This document shows, piece after piece, positions 37,722 through 48,022 of a stretch of DNA of 51,149 nt. The notes below the pieces were generated by a model that was not told where the DNA came from, searched no databases, and worked only from the letters and a program-made list of their open reading frames with translations. Source of the DNA: a bacterium. GTDB lineage: Bacteria; Vulcanimicrobiota; Vulcanimicrobiia; Vulcanimicrobiales; Vulcanimicrobiaceae. Where the stretch lies: assembly GCA_021806945.1 (NCBI GenBank), contig JAKAPQ010000001.1, positions 1-51,149 of the forward strand. Reading direction: 5' to 3'. The number at the start of each line of letters is the position of its first letter. The first letter of the stretch is position 1. Made by a program: the position numbers and the translations under genes.

Positions 37722-38685
37722 TCTTCAAACGTTTGCGGATCGACCACGATCCGCGACCGAATTCGCCCGCCAGCGCAGCGACGATCGCCTCCTTCGTTTC
37801 GCCGGCGGCGGCGAGCTCGCCGTAACGAACGCGCAACGCGTTTTCCTCCAAATCGCTCCAGGCTTTCCCGCGATGGGGAACGACGTGCGCGCGCGGGCTT
37901 GCGATGGAGGCCAGCAGCCCTCCCGGGACGACCGCGCGCAGTTCTGGAAGGCGGTCGGCGAAGATGTCGGGCGAGATCTCAAAGCCCGCGAAGCGGCGGC
38001 CCAGGCCGATCGCGACCGCTGCAGTCGATCCACCGCCCATGAAAAAATCGCAGACGAGATCGCCGGGATTACTCGAGTACTGCAGCATCTTCTGCAGGAG
38101 CGCTCGTGGCAACTCGTTCTTATTCTTGCTCCTTCCGGGCTTGTACTCGCGGTTGATAGACCACACGTCTTCCCGATCGCGGTAATTCGCGGAGCCGCCG
38201 GAATGGCCGGCTTCGTCGTTCGCATAGCGGCTCTGCAGGTTGAACGTGCGCCGCCCTCCGGGCTTGGCGTAGTAGAGAATGTGGTAGTGAGACGAAACGA
38301 ACTTCGTCGAGGTATAGACGCCGAAGTTATACTTCCACACGATGTGGTTGATCTCGCGCAGTCCGCTCGCGCGCAGCGCGCCGAGCACGTCGTAGAGGTT
38401 GGTGTAGCCGGAGACGACGTAGATCTGGCCGCCCGGGCGCAGCACGCGAGCGGCCTGCGCGATCCAAGCCCGGCTGAAGGCGCCGTACTCCGCCTGGGGG
38501 ACTTCAACGTATCCGCCGACGACGAATCGCTCGTCGCGATTGTAATGCCGGTGTAAAAAGTTGGCTTCGATTCCGTAAGGCGGGTCGGTAACGATCAAAT
38601 CCACGCACCCGTCCGGCAGGTGCTCGACCGCACCTTGAACGCAATCTCCATTGACGAAGAGATGTCCCCCGAATCGCACCATCAT
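37696..38685 (-). CDS. beta-class DNA methyltransferase (N6-adenine or N4-cytosine), orphan, with a C-terminal Myb/SANT-like extension
   Basis: Motif IV 'IVTDPPYG' is near the N-terminus and motif I 'CDFFMGGGSTAAVA' near residue 225, which is beta-class order. The tail is 'KAWSDLEENALRVRYGEL...IVAALAGEFGRGSWSIRKRL'. GC is visibly lower than in the neighbours. The gene overlaps the convergent FGGY gene by 26 nt. Confidence 0.85.
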   Translation of the reverse strand: MMVRFGGHLFVNGDCVQGAVEHLPDGCVDLIVTDPPYGIEANFLHRHYNRDERFVVGGYVEVPQAEYGAFSRAWIAQAARVLRPGGQIYVVSGYTNLYDVLGALRASGLREINHIVWKYNFGVYTSTKFVSSHYHILYYAKPGGRRTFNLQSRYANDEAGHSGGSANYRDREDVWSINREYKPGRSKNKNELPRALLQKMLQYSSNPGDLVCDFFMGGGSTAAVAIGLGRRFAGFEISPDIFADRLPELRAVVPGGLLASIASPRAHVVPHRGKAWSDLEENALRVRYGELAAAGETKEAIVAALAGEFGRGSWSIRKRLKIMLGAGTP

Positions 38686-38756
38686 ACTTTACAAAGGAGT
38701 CGCGCGTTTTGCGGCGTTTCCCTGCCTGCATCTGCCGATAACCAAAGAGAATCATC

Positions 38757-40046
38757 ATGCCCTCCGCACTAGCGCCCTCGACGGAGAGCCGGCAGCTCCA
38801 GCGTCTCCTAGAGATCACACAAGATATCTTGCAAGCGCCCGAGATCGGAGACGCTCTCGACTCCATCGCGCGCGGCCTGCGCGAGCTCTTTGGATTCCGT
38901 TACATCGGAATCGTCGCCGCCGCCGCGCCCGGCGGAGAGATGTACCGCCGCGTCTTGATGGGGTTCACGCCGGGGCTCGAAAACGCGCGCCTCGGCGAGC
39001 ACGTGCCGCGGGAGGCGATCCTTAAAGTGCTGGCTCCCGAATACGAAGTGGTTCCGCATTGCTTCTACATCCCGGCCGAGAGCAACGCGAACTGGGCGTA
39101 CCCCATCTACTCGGGCGATCTCCCGCGCGACGCTCCGCGCTCGGACCCGGGGGCGTGGCACGAGCGCGACTGCATCACGATGGTGCTTGCGGACCGCGAC
39201 GGATCGATGCTCGGGTACATCTCGGTCGACGGGCCGCTCGATGGCTGCGTCCCCTCGCACGAAACGTTGCGCCAGATGCAACTGTTCGTCAACCTGGTTG
39301 GGCTCGCTCTGACGAACGCTCGCGCGCACGTCGCCGAGATCGAGCGCCGGCACGTCGTCGAGAAGACCTCGCGCGCGCAAAGCGATTTCTTCAGCATGGT
39401 TTCACACGAAGTCCGCTCGCCCTTGGCCGCCATCCGCGGGGCGACCGCGCTGCTTCAAACGCACTTCGAGTCGATCGCGCCCGAGCGGCGCTCCGAGCTG
39501 CTCCAGGTCCTCGGCAGCTCGACGACGCGGCTCTCGGCGATCTTCGAGGATTTCTTGCTGCTCTCGCGCATGGACGCCGGCAAACTGACGCTACGTCTCG
39601 AATCCACGGATGCTGTTTCGGTCGTTGAGGAATCCGTCGCCCGCATCCGCAGCGAGCATCCCAACCGCGAGTTCCGCACCCTGTATTTGGAACCGGTGCC
39701 CCGCGTCCAAGCGGACGCGGGCCGCCTCGTTCAGGTCTTGACCAACCTGCTCTCCAATGCCGCGAAGTACTCGTCCCCGCACTCGGTCATCGCGCTCGAG
39801 CTGCGCGGGGAGGCGGAGCGTCTCTATTTCGCCGTCAAGAACGAGGGGCCGGGGATCGCCGAGGCCGACCGCGACCGGCTCTTTACGCGCTTCGGCCGCC
39901 TCTCGGCCGCGAACGACAGCTCCATCGGTTTAGGCCTCTACATCTGCTCGGAGCTGGTCGGCCTCATGGGCGGCACGATCGGCTGCGAAAGCGAGCCCGG
40001 CCGCCTCACGACCTTCTGGTTTGCGCTTCCGCGCGCCCAGGCATAG
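38757..40046 (+). CDS. GAF-domain sensor histidine kinase
   Basis: N-terminal GAF-like region. H-box 'MVSHEVRSPLAAIRGA'. HATPase_c N/G boxes 'NLLSNAAKYS' and 'GLGLYICSELVGLMGG'. No adjacent response regulator. Confidence 0.85.
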   Translation: MPSALAPSTESRQLQRLLEITQDILQAPEIGDALDSIARGLRELFGFRYIGIVAAAAPGGEMYRRVLMGFTPGLENARLGEHVPREAILKVLAPEYEVVPHCFYIPAESNANWAYPIYSGDLPRDAPRSDPGAWHERDCITMVLADRDGSMLGYISVDGPLDGCVPSHETLRQMQLFVNLVGLALTNARAHVAEIERRHVVEKTSRAQSDFFSMVSHEVRSPLAAIRGATALLQTHFESIAPERRSELLQVLGSSTTRLSAIFEDFLLLSRMDAGKLTLRLESTDAVSVVEESVARIRSEHPNREFRTLYLEPVPRVQADAGRLVQVLTNLLSNAAKYSSPHSVIALELRGEAERLYFAVKNEGPGIAEADRDRLFTRFGRLSAANDSSIGLGLYICSELVGLMGGTIGCESEPGRLTTFWFALPRAQA

Positions 40047-40103
40047 GCCGTTCCGGGATACAAGCACTAGCGCCGAAGCGGCACCCTGTGGTAGAACTGG
40101 CCA

Positions 40104-41930
40104 GTGAAGACTCGCCCGGATATCCGCAACGTCGCCATCATCGCCCACGTCGACCACGGCAAAACCACGCTCGTGGACGCCATGCTGCGCCAGAGCGGAG
40201 TCTTTCGCGAGGGTCAGCACATGGAGACCCGGATCATGGACTCCAATCCGCTCGAACGCGAGCGCGGCATCACGATTCTTGCCAAGAACACGGCGGTCCG
40301 GCACGGCGACCTCAAATTCAACATCGTCGATACGCCCGGCCACGCCGACTTCGGCGGTGAAGTCGAGCGCGTGCTGCAGATGGTGCAGGGCGTGCTCTTG
40401 CTGGTCGATGCGGCCGAGGGCGTCATGCCGCAGACCCGCTTCGTGCTGCGCAAGGCCCTTGAACTCGACCTGAAGGCGATCGTGGTCGTCAACAAAATCG
40501 ACCGCAAGGACGCGCGTGCGACCGAGGTCGTCAACGAGGCGTTCGATCTGTTTATCGAACTGGGAGCTAATGACGAGCAGGCCGACTTCCCGGTGGTCTT
40601 CACCAACGGGAAGCTCGGCATCGCCAAGCGCAGCCTCGATGACCGCAGCGAAGATCTCGAACCGCTCTTTCAAACGATCGCCGAACACGTACCCGAAGCT
40701 CCCGCCGAAGACGGCAGTTTCCAAATGCTCGTCTCCGCCATCGACCACAACAAATACGTCGGCCGCATCGGCATCGGACGCGTCTTCCGCGGGAGTGCGA
40801 AGATCAATGCGGCCATCGTCAAAGTCGCGCGAGACGGTACGATCCAGACGGGCCTGCACCTGACGAAACTTCTGACGTTTCAAGGGCTCGAACGGGTTGA
40901 AGTCGATGAAGCGAGCGCAGGCGACATCGTCTGCGTATCTGGCATCGAAGGCTTGAACATCGGCGACACGATCGCCGACTCCGAGGCTCCCGAAGGCGTG
41001 CATGCCATCGCCGTCGACGAGCCGACGGTTTCGATGTTTTTCAGCGTCAACAACTCGCCGTTTGCCGGCCGCGAAGGCAAACTTCTCACATCGCGCCAGA
41101 TTCGCGACCGGCTCATGCGCGAACTCGAGTCGAACGTTGCGCTGCGCGTAGCGGATACGGATTCCGCCGACACCTTCGAGGTGCGCGGTCGCGGCGAGCT
41201 CCACCTCTCGATCTTGATCGAGACCATGCGCCGCGAGGGCTACGAAGTACAAGTTTCCAAACCGCAGGTCATTCTCATCGAACGCGGGGGAAAGAAATTC
41301 GAACCGGTAGAGTATGTAGTCGTGGACGTGCCGGAGGCGTATTCCGGAGCGGTCATCGAGGCACTCGGACGGCGCAAGGCCCTCATGTCGAACATGATCT
41401 CGCTCGGCGAATCGCGCCGCTTGGAGTACACCATGCCGACCCGAGCGATCTTCGGTCTGCGCGGCGAACTGCTCACGCTTTCGCGCGGCACGGCCGTCAT
41501 GTCGCACACGTACTACGATCATCAGGAGTGGCAGGGGGATCTGCCCGGGCGCAACGTCGGCGCCCTGGTGGCCAGCGACACCGGCCGCAGCACGGCCTAC
41601 GCCCTGGCCGGCGTGGAGCAGCGCGGGCGCTTCTTCGTCGGTCCCGGCGTCGATATCTACGAAGGGATGATCGTGGGGCGGGCTAACGACGACAAGGATA
41701 TCGCGCTCAACGTCGTGCGCGAAAAGAAACTCACCAACATGCGCGCCTCGGGGTCGGATGACAACGTCAAACTCGCGCCGCCGGAAGAACTGTCGTTAGA
41801 GCGCGCGATCGAGTTCATCGAAGACGACGAGCTCGTTGAAGTTACGCCGCAATCCATTCGCCTGCGCAAGCGTCTGCTCAACGAGACCGAGCGGATTCGC
41901 CGCCGCAAGCGAGACGCGACCCGGGTTTAG
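40104..41930 (+). CDS. typA: translational GTPase TypA/BipA
   Basis: '[26 protein letters not shown]', '[17 protein letters not shown]' and 'VVNKIDR'. Length is 608 aa, and the C-terminal domain is characteristic of BipA. Confidence 0.95.
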   Translation: MKTRPDIRNVAIIAHVDHGKTTLVDAMLRQSGVFREGQHMETRIMDSNPLERERGITILAKNTAVRHGDLKFNIVDTPGHADFGGEVERVLQMVQGVLLLVDAAEGVMPQTRFVLRKALELDLKAIVVVNKIDRKDARATEVVNEAFDLFIELGANDEQADFPVVFTNGKLGIAKRSLDDRSEDLEPLFQTIAEHVPEAPAEDGSFQMLVSAIDHNKYVGRIGIGRVFRGSAKINAAIVKVARDGTIQTGLHLTKLLTFQGLERVEVDEASAGDIVCVSGIEGLNIGDTIADSEAPEGVHAIAVDEPTVSMFFSVNNSPFAGREGKLLTSRQIRDRLMRELESNVALRVADTDSADTFEVRGRGELHLSILIETMRREGYEVQVSKPQVILIERGGKKFEPVEYVVVDVPEAYSGAVIEALGRRKALMSNMISLGESRRLEYTMPTRAIFGLRGELLTLSRGTAVMSHTYYDHQEWQGDLPGRNVGALVASDTGRSTAYALAGVEQRGRFFVGPGVDIYEGMIVGRANDDKDIALNVVREKKLTNMRASGSDDNVKLAPPEELSLERAIEFIEDDELVEVTPQSIRLRKRLLNETERIRRRKRDATRV

Positions 41931-41933
41931 ACC

Positions 41934-42425
41934 ATGGTTCACGCTCCAAGAGACGTCGGGCGCCACGTCGCCGCCGAAGGGCGGTCGATCGCACAGGGGT
42001 TCGTCCGGTTTTTGCTGCGTGGGAAAGTCGTCGATCTCGCGGTCGCCGTCGTCATCGGCGCGGCGGCCGGCACGACCATCACGGCGTTCGTAAAGGATAT
42101 CTTCACGCCGATCGTCGGCGGGATCTTCGGTTCGCATGCCGATTTTTCAGGACGTTTTATCGCTTGGCGAGGTTCGGATATCCGCTACGGCGACTTCATC
42201 AACGAGCTCCTTTCGTTCCTGGTCATTGCGGCGGTCATCTATTTCTTCGTCATCACGCCGACGAACAGACTCGTTACCAACGCCTATTTCGAGCCTCCGC
42301 CGGACCCGGCGATGCGCAAGTGCCCGGAATGCTTGAGCGACGTTCCAAGAGCCGCCAAACGATGCATGTACTGCGCCCAGCCGCTGGAACCGCTCGTCGA
42401 AGAAACGCCGGCAGCCCTAGACTAG
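41934..42425 (+). CDS. mscL: large-conductance mechanosensitive channel MscL with a C-terminal CxxC...CxxC zinc-ribbon tail
   Basis: 'FLLRGKVVDLAVAVVIGAA...FVKDIFTPIVGGIFG...YGDFINELLSFLVIAAVIYFFVI' is the MscL core. The tail is 'KCPECLSDVPRAAKRCMYCAQPL'. There is a ~20-aa N-terminal extension relative to typical MscL. Confidence 0.85.
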   Translation: MVHAPRDVGRHVAAEGRSIAQGFVRFLLRGKVVDLAVAVVIGAAAGTTITAFVKDIFTPIVGGIFGSHADFSGRFIAWRGSDIRYGDFINELLSFLVIAAVIYFFVITPTNRLVTNAYFEPPPDPAMRKCPECLSDVPRAAKRCMYCAQPLEPLVEETPAALD

Positions 42426-42486
42426 CAGGTTGCGGAAAAACCCCCGCCGCCGTCTCGAACCCGCGGGTTTTTTCGCAACCTGCTAG
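42422..42486. terminator. long inverted repeat between convergent mscL and clpB, a candidate bidirectional terminator
   Basis: The arms are CTAGCAGGTTGCGGAAAAACCC (42422-42443) and GGGTTTTTTCGCAACCTGCTAG (42465-42486), complementary with one mismatch. The inner CCCGCGGG plus T6 looks like a rho-independent terminator on the plus strand. Both stop codons lie inside the outer CTAG of the arms. Confidence 0.5.
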
Positions 42487-45110
42487 GCGGCCGGCGGCGG
42501 CTCTTCTACCGCGAAGGAGAGCTCGCCGCGAGCGTCGTCGAGCCGGGCGGTCACATGGCGCCCGTCTTGAATCTCGCCCGAGATGATCTTGCGCCCAAGC
42601 GGCGTCTCCAAGCCCTTCTGAATCGCCCGCTTGAGCGGGCGCGCGCCGTAAACCGGATCGTAGCCTGCAAGCACGAGGTGTCGCTTCGCCTCCGGCGTGA
42701 GCTCGAGCGTGATCCGCCGTTCCGCCAGCCGCTTGCGCAAGCGCTCCAACTGGATCTCGATGATCTCTGCGAGCTGCTCCTCGGTCAGCGCGTGGAAGAC
42801 GATGATCTCGTCGACGCGGTTGAGGAACTCCGGCCGAAAGTGCTGGCGCAGCTCGTCGAGTACCGTCGCGCGCATCACCGCATACTCCGCGCCGGAGTAA
42901 CCGCCCTTGTAGTCGAGGATGCGATGGCTTCCGACGTTCGACGTCATGATCAGGATCGCGTTCTTGAAATCGACCGTGCGGCCCTGACCGTCCGTGAGGC
43001 GGCCGTCGTCGAGAATCTGCAAGAGCACGTTGAAGACGTCGGGGTGCGCTTTCTCGATCTCGTCGAAGAGCACGACCGAATACGGACGGCGGCGGACCGC
43101 TTCGGTGAGCTGGCCGCCTTCTTCGAAGCCGACGTATCCGGGCGGAGCGCCGAGCAGCCGCGCGACCGTGTGGCGCTCTTGATACTCCGACATATCGATA
43201 CGAATCATCGCGCGCTCGTCGTCGAACAGATAGACGGCAAGCGCACGCGCGAGCTCGGTCTTTCCGACGCCCGTAGGACCGAGGAAGATAAAGGAGCCGA
43301 TCGGGCGATTGGGGTCGGCCAGACCGGAGCGCGAGCGCACGACGGCTTCGGCAACCGCATCGACCGCCTCGTCTTGCCCGACGACGCGCCGGTGCAGCTC
43401 GTCGGCGAGCTGCAACAACTTGATCGCCTCGCCTTCGAGCAGTTTAGTAACGGGAATGCCCGTCCAACGGCTGATGACCTCGGCGATATCCTGCTCGTCG
43501 ACCTCTTCCTTCGAGAGACGCTTCGCACCGTCGCTGGAGGTCAAGTGCAGCTCTTCGGCCCGCAGCTGCTTCTCTAGGCCCGCAAGCGTGCCGTAACGCA
43601 GCTCGGCGACGTGGTTGAGATCGTACTGGCGCTCGGCCTGTTCGATCTGCACCTTGGTCGTTTCGATTCGCTCGCGCAGCGCGCGCAGGTCGACGGCCGC
43701 GCCCTTCTCGGCCGCCCACTGCCCCTGCAGGCGGTCTCGATCGACTTTGAGGGATGCGACCTCGCTCTCGAGCTTCTCGAGGCGCCGGGAGCTCTCCGCA
43801 TCGCTCTCCTTACGCAGCGCCTCGCGCTCGATCTCGAGCTGCATGATGCGGCGGGTCAGCTCGTCGAGCTCCTGCGGCATCGAATCGATCTCGGTCCGCA
43901 GCTTGGCGGCCGACTCGTCGACCAAGTCGATCGCCTTGTCGGGTAAGAAACGGTCGCTGATGTAACGGTTGGAGAGCGTCGCCGCGGCAACCAGCGCCGA
44001 GTCTTTGATGCGCACGCCGTGGTGCGCCTCGTACTTCTCCTTGAGGCCGCGTAAAATCGAGATCGTGTCTTCAACACTCGGCTGGTCGACCAGCACCGGC
44101 TGGAACCGCCGCTCCAGTGCCGCGTCCTTCTCCACATACTTCCGGTATTCGCCGAGCGTAGTCGCGCCGATCATGTGGAGTTCGCCGCGCGCGAGCATCG
44201 GTTTCAGCAGGTTGCCGGCGTCCATCGAGCCTTCGGTTTTCCCCGCACCCACGACCGTGTGCAGTTCGTCGACGAACAGCACGATCTGCCCCTCGGAACT
44301 TTGCACGTCTTTGAGGACCGCCTTGAGCCGTTCTTCGAATTCGCCGCGATACTTCGCCCCGGCGATGAGCGCGCCCATATCGAGCGAAACGATGCGCTTC
44401 TCCTTCAGACCTTCCGGGACGTCCCCGCGCACGATGCGTTGCGCCAGCCCCTCGACGATGGCGGTCTTGCCGACGCCCGGCTCGCCGATGAGCACGGGGT
44501 TGTTTTTCGTGCGCCGCGAGAGCACTTGGATAACGCGGCGAACCTCGTCGTCGCGGCCGATCACGGGATCGAGCTTGCCGCGCTCGGCTTCGCGCGTCAG
44601 ATCTCGGCCGTAGCGTTCCAGGCTCTTATAGGTGCCTTCGGGATTCTGCGTTGTGACCCGCTGGTTGCCGCGGACGTCGCGCAGCGCGGCGAGCAACTTG
44701 TCGCGCGTGAGGCCCGCGTCGCGCAAGACGCGGCCGGCCGCCCCGCCGGAGTGCAGCATCGCGAGCAAGACGTGTTCGACCGAGATAAAGTCGTCTTGCA
44801 GCGACTTCGCATCGCTCTCGGCCTGCGTCATAAGGCGCGTTAACTCGGGAGCGACGGTCACCTGCGCGCTGTCGGCATTCGAACCGGTCAGGCGCGGCAA
44901 AGCGCCGATCGCCTGATCGGTACTCCGCGAAAGCCTCCGAACGTCGGCCCCTGCTTTCGCGAGCACGTCGCGAGCGATCCCTTGGTCTTGATCGATAAGG
45001 GCGGCGAGCATGTGCTCGGGGGTCGTCTGCGCGTTGTGTTCGTTGAGGGCGCGCGTGTAAGCGGCGTTGAGCGCGTCCTGTACGCGCTCGGTCATGCGGT
45101 CTGCGTTCAT
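42483..45110 (-). CDS. clpB: AAA+ disaggregase ClpB
   Basis: ATG at 45110 with a GAGG RBS. Clp N-domain. NBD1 '[15 protein letters not shown]'. Long coiled-coil middle domain. NBD2 '[16 protein letters not shown]'. Length is 875 aa. Confidence 0.95.
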   Translation of the reverse strand: MNADRMTERVQDALNAAYTRALNEHNAQTTPEHMLAALIDQDQGIARDVLAKAGADVRRLSRSTDQAIGALPRLTGSNADSAQVTVAPELTRLMTQAESDAKSLQDDFISVEHVLLAMLHSGGAAGRVLRDAGLTRDKLLAALRDVRGNQRVTTQNPEGTYKSLERYGRDLTREAERGKLDPVIGRDDEVRRVIQVLSRRTKNNPVLIGEPGVGKTAIVEGLAQRIVRGDVPEGLKEKRIVSLDMGALIAGAKYRGEFEERLKAVLKDVQSSEGQIVLFVDELHTVVGAGKTEGSMDAGNLLKPMLARGELHMIGATTLGEYRKYVEKDAALERRFQPVLVDQPSVEDTISILRGLKEKYEAHHGVRIKDSALVAAATLSNRYISDRFLPDKAIDLVDESAAKLRTEIDSMPQELDELTRRIMQLEIEREALRKESDAESSRRLEKLESEVASLKVDRDRLQGQWAAEKGAAVDLRALRERIETTKVQIEQAERQYDLNHVAELRYGTLAGLEKQLRAEELHLTSSDGAKRLSKEEVDEQDIAEVISRWTGIPVTKLLEGEAIKLLQLADELHRRVVGQDEAVDAVAEAVVRSRSGLADPNRPIGSFIFLGPTGVGKTELARALAVYLFDDERAMIRIDMSEYQERHTVARLLGAPPGYVGFEEGGQLTEAVRRRPYSVVLFDEIEKAHPDVFNVLLQILDDGRLTDGQGRTVDFKNAILIMTSNVGSHRILDYKGGYSGAEYAVMRATVLDELRQHFRPEFLNRVDEIIVFHALTEEQLAEIIEIQLERLRKRLAERRITLELTPEAKRHLVLAGYDPVYGARPLKRAIQKGLETPLGRKIISGEIQDGRHVTARLDDARGELSFAVEEPPPAA

Positions 45111-45120
45111 GGCTCGCACC

Positions 45121-46152
45121 TCATAACGGCGGAGCGGGCGCCAGCGGTTGCACTTCCAAAGCGCGAACCGCATCGATGGCGGTGAGATGCCGCCGTTTCG
45201 CGGCGTCGTCCAAGAACGACGCGTGAAAACCGTTCTTTGCGAGCGTGACGACGTCGTCGTCGGAGAGCGCCAGCGCGCGAACGGACTCCGCGTAATTCTC
45301 GTTGACGTAACCTCCGAAATAGGCCGGATCGTCTGAGTTTACGGTCGCGAGCAGACCGAGATCGAGCATCGCCTTGAGAGGATGGTGCGCGAGGCCCTCT
45401 ACCACGTGGAGCCGCACGTTCGAGAGTGGGCAAACCGTCAAGGGCATCTTCATGCGGCGCAGGCGATCGACCAGCCGCGCGTCCTCGAGGGAGCGGATCC
45501 CGTGGTCGACGCGCGAGACCTTCAAAATATCGAGCGCCTCCCACACGTATGCCGGCGGACCCTCTTCGCCCGCGTGAGCGACCGTAAGGAAACCCTCGGC
45601 TCGCGCGCGATCGAAGACGAGTTCGAACTTCGACGGCGGGTTTTGCCGTTCGGCCGAATCCAACCCCACGGCGACGATCCGGTCGCGATAGGGCAGCGCG
45701 CTCTCGAGCGTCTCCATCGCCGACGCCGCCGAGAGATCGCGCAGGAAGCACATGATCAGCTTCGTCGTCATGCCGAAGTGGGATTCGCTCTCGCGCAGCG
45801 CCGACCACAGGCCTTCGACCACCGTTTCGAGCGGGACGCCGCGGCTCGTGTGCGACTGCGGATCGAAGAATATCTCCGCGTGCTTGACGTTTTGCGCGCT
45901 GGCGCGCCGCAGATACGCCACCGCCATATCGTGGAAATCGCGCTCGGTGCGCAGGACGGTGACGCCCGCGTAATAGAGGTTCAAGAACGACTGGAGATCG
46001 GAGAACGCGTACTCGGCACGCAGCGCGCCGACGCTCGGGTAGGCCAGGCGTACGCCGTTGCGCTCCGCCATCTCGAAGATGCTCTCGGGTTCGAGGGTGC
46101 CTTCGATATGGAGGTGGAGTTCGGCTTTGGGAAGCGTGGCGACGTCGATCAT
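45121..46152 (-). CDS. adenosine deaminase family protein (adenine-deaminase type)
   Basis: '[17 protein letters not shown]', 'HAGEEGP' and '[11 protein letters not shown]' are metal and catalytic motifs of the ADA family. The [10 protein letters not shown] variant is typical of bacterial adenine deaminases. Confidence 0.85.
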   Translation of the reverse strand: MIDVATLPKAELHLHIEGTLEPESIFEMAERNGVRLAYPSVGALRAEYAFSDLQSFLNLYYAGVTVLRTERDFHDMAVAYLRRASAQNVKHAEIFFDPQSHTSRGVPLETVVEGLWSALRESESHFGMTTKLIMCFLRDLSAASAMETLESALPYRDRIVAVGLDSAERQNPPSKFELVFDRARAEGFLTVAHAGEEGPPAYVWEALDILKVSRVDHGIRSLEDARLVDRLRRMKMPLTVCPLSNVRLHVVEGLAHHPLKAMLDLGLLATVNSDDPAYFGGYVNENYAESVRALALSDDDVVTLAKNGFHASFLDDAAKRRHLTAIDAVRALEVQPLAPAPPL

Positions 46153-48020
46153 GGCGTCTTTTGCCTGCGCGCGCGCAAGACGCGCACGTCGCCGCTACGC
46201 ACCGTGATGCCGTGAGAATCGCACCACTCGAGCAATGGAACGGCGAACTTGCGCGAGGTCCCTAACAAATCGCGAAACTGAGCCATCGTCATCTGCTTTT
46301 CGGCACGGATGAACGTTTCGACCTTCGCGTGGATCTCGGCGATCTGCGTGCCTCGGTAGAGGCACTCTCCGACTTTCACGAGCGCGCCCTTGGCCAGAAG
46401 GGTTTCGAACGCCGCCCCGATACCATCGACGCGCGACTGCTTGACGCGTGCGACGACGTCGGCTAGCGACGCCGGAGCGAAGGGCGCCGCCGGATCGACC
46501 GGAACGGCCGCATCGAAGAGCGCTCTCTGCGCGGGTGCGAGTTTGGGCGTATGGTCGCTTCTGCAATAATAGCCCGCGCGATTGGCAATCCGCCCATCGT
46601 CCGCGAAGGCACCCAACAGGCGAACGAGGAGCGCTTCGGGCATCGCGAGAGCTCGTGAGAGCGCGAGCGTCGTCATGCCCATGGACCACGGTTCGCGTTC
46701 GTGGCGCTCGCCCAGGTGCGCCAGCACGCGGTCCAAGAACGCCTGCGCGGACCGCATCTCGACGAACGCGACGGGCCGCTGCAAACGCAGGGCGTCGCCG
46801 CGCTCGAGCAGCGCGCCGAGCGCAGCGCCGACCGCATCTTCGCGCAGGTTCGCCTCGCGGGCGATCGCATCGGCCTCGAGGGCCTCGAGGCCGTGCGCGC
46901 GCAGCACGCCCAGTACGCCGGCATCCTGCGTGCCGACCGGCTCGTAGGCAGTCCCGACCGCGCCGGAGGCTCCTTCGACGCGCCCGCCGCCAAGCAGCGT
47001 CTTGGGCGACATGCGGCGCACGACGAACGCCGTACCGGGATAGGCGACGGTCTTGGTGCGCAGGAAGAGCCGCCCGAGTACCGGGGCGTCGTCCGCAGGC
47101 GGTTCCTCGAACAGCAGCGTTCCGAGAATCTCGGCGGAACCTATGTACGCGCGCACGTGGTTGCGCCGGCGCAGGATCGGCAGGCCCTGCGGCAATGCTT
47201 CGAAACGAACCTCGAAAGCGGCCGCAGCATCGAATTGCAAGCTGCCGAGCACCTCGCCGCGAGCGATCTCGTGCACCTCGACGCCCGGCAGGTTGGCTGC
47301 GACGCGCGAACCGCCGTTCGCGCGCTCGGCTCGCCGGCCGAACGTCTGTAAACTGCGTACGCGTACGATCTTGCCGCTCGGCTCGAGCTTTACCCGGTCG
47401 CCGACGGCGATCGAACCCTGCAGCAGAGTCCCCGTGACGATCGTCCCGTGGCCCGGCAGCGCAAAGACGCGGTCTATGGGCAGATAGGCCGGCGCGTCGG
47501 CGTTGCGCGCCGGGAGCGAACGCAACTCGCTTTGAATCATCACGCGCAACGCATCCATACCGCTGCCGGTCACGGTCGAGACGGCGATCAGCGGAGCGCC
47601 GGCGGCGATCGTGCCGCGCAGCGATTCGGCTACGCTCTCCGCCGCGAAATCCAGGGCTTCGTCATCCAGCAGATCGGACTTGGTGAGGACGACGAGCGTT
47701 CGCCGAACGTTGAGGAAACGCAGGATCTGCAGGTGCTCGAGCGTCTGCGGCATCGCGCCTTCGTCTGCCGCGACCGCCAGCAGCAAGAGATCCATGCCGG
47801 CGGCACCCGCGAGCATATTGTGCAGGAAGCGCTCGTGCCCCGGAACGTCGACGATCCCGGCTTCGGTGCCGTCGTCGAAGCGCAGGTGCGCGAATCCCAG
47901 GTCGAGCGTCATGCCACGTAGGCGTTCCTCGAGCCAGCGATCGGGATTGGTGCCGGTCAGCGCGGCGACGAGCGACGACTTCCCGTGGTCGACGTGGCCC
48001 GCAGTCCCGACGATGTGCAT
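46149..48020 (-). CDS. selB: selenocysteine-specific translation elongation factor SelB
   Basis: 'IVGTAGHVDHGKSSLVAALTG' and 'DVPGHERF' form the GTPase domain, followed by EF-Tu-like domains II/III. The long C-terminal winged-helix extension gives 623 aa. The gene is adjacent to selA. Confidence 0.9.
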   Translation of the reverse strand: MHIVGTAGHVDHGKSSLVAALTGTNPDRWLEERLRGMTLDLGFAHLRFDDGTEAGIVDVPGHERFLHNMLAGAAGMDLLLLAVAADEGAMPQTLEHLQILRFLNVRRTLVVLTKSDLLDDEALDFAAESVAESLRGTIAAGAPLIAVSTVTGSGMDALRVMIQSELRSLPARNADAPAYLPIDRVFALPGHGTIVTGTLLQGSIAVGDRVKLEPSGKIVRVRSLQTFGRRAERANGGSRVAANLPGVEVHEIARGEVLGSLQFDAAAAFEVRFEALPQGLPILRRRNHVRAYIGSAEILGTLLFEEPPADDAPVLGRLFLRTKTVAYPGTAFVVRRMSPKTLLGGGRVEGASGAVGTAYEPVGTQDAGVLGVLRAHGLEALEADAIAREANLREDAVGAALGALLERGDALRLQRPVAFVEMRSAQAFLDRVLAHLGERHEREPWSMGMTTLALSRALAMPEALLVRLLGAFADDGRIANRAGYYCRSDHTPKLAPAQRALFDAAVPVDPAAPFAPASLADVVARVKQSRVDGIGAAFETLLAKGALVKVGECLYRGTQIAEIHAKVETFIRAEKQMTMAQFRDLLGTSRKFAVPLLEWCDSHGITVRSGDVRVLRARRQKTP

Positions 48021-48022
48021 CG

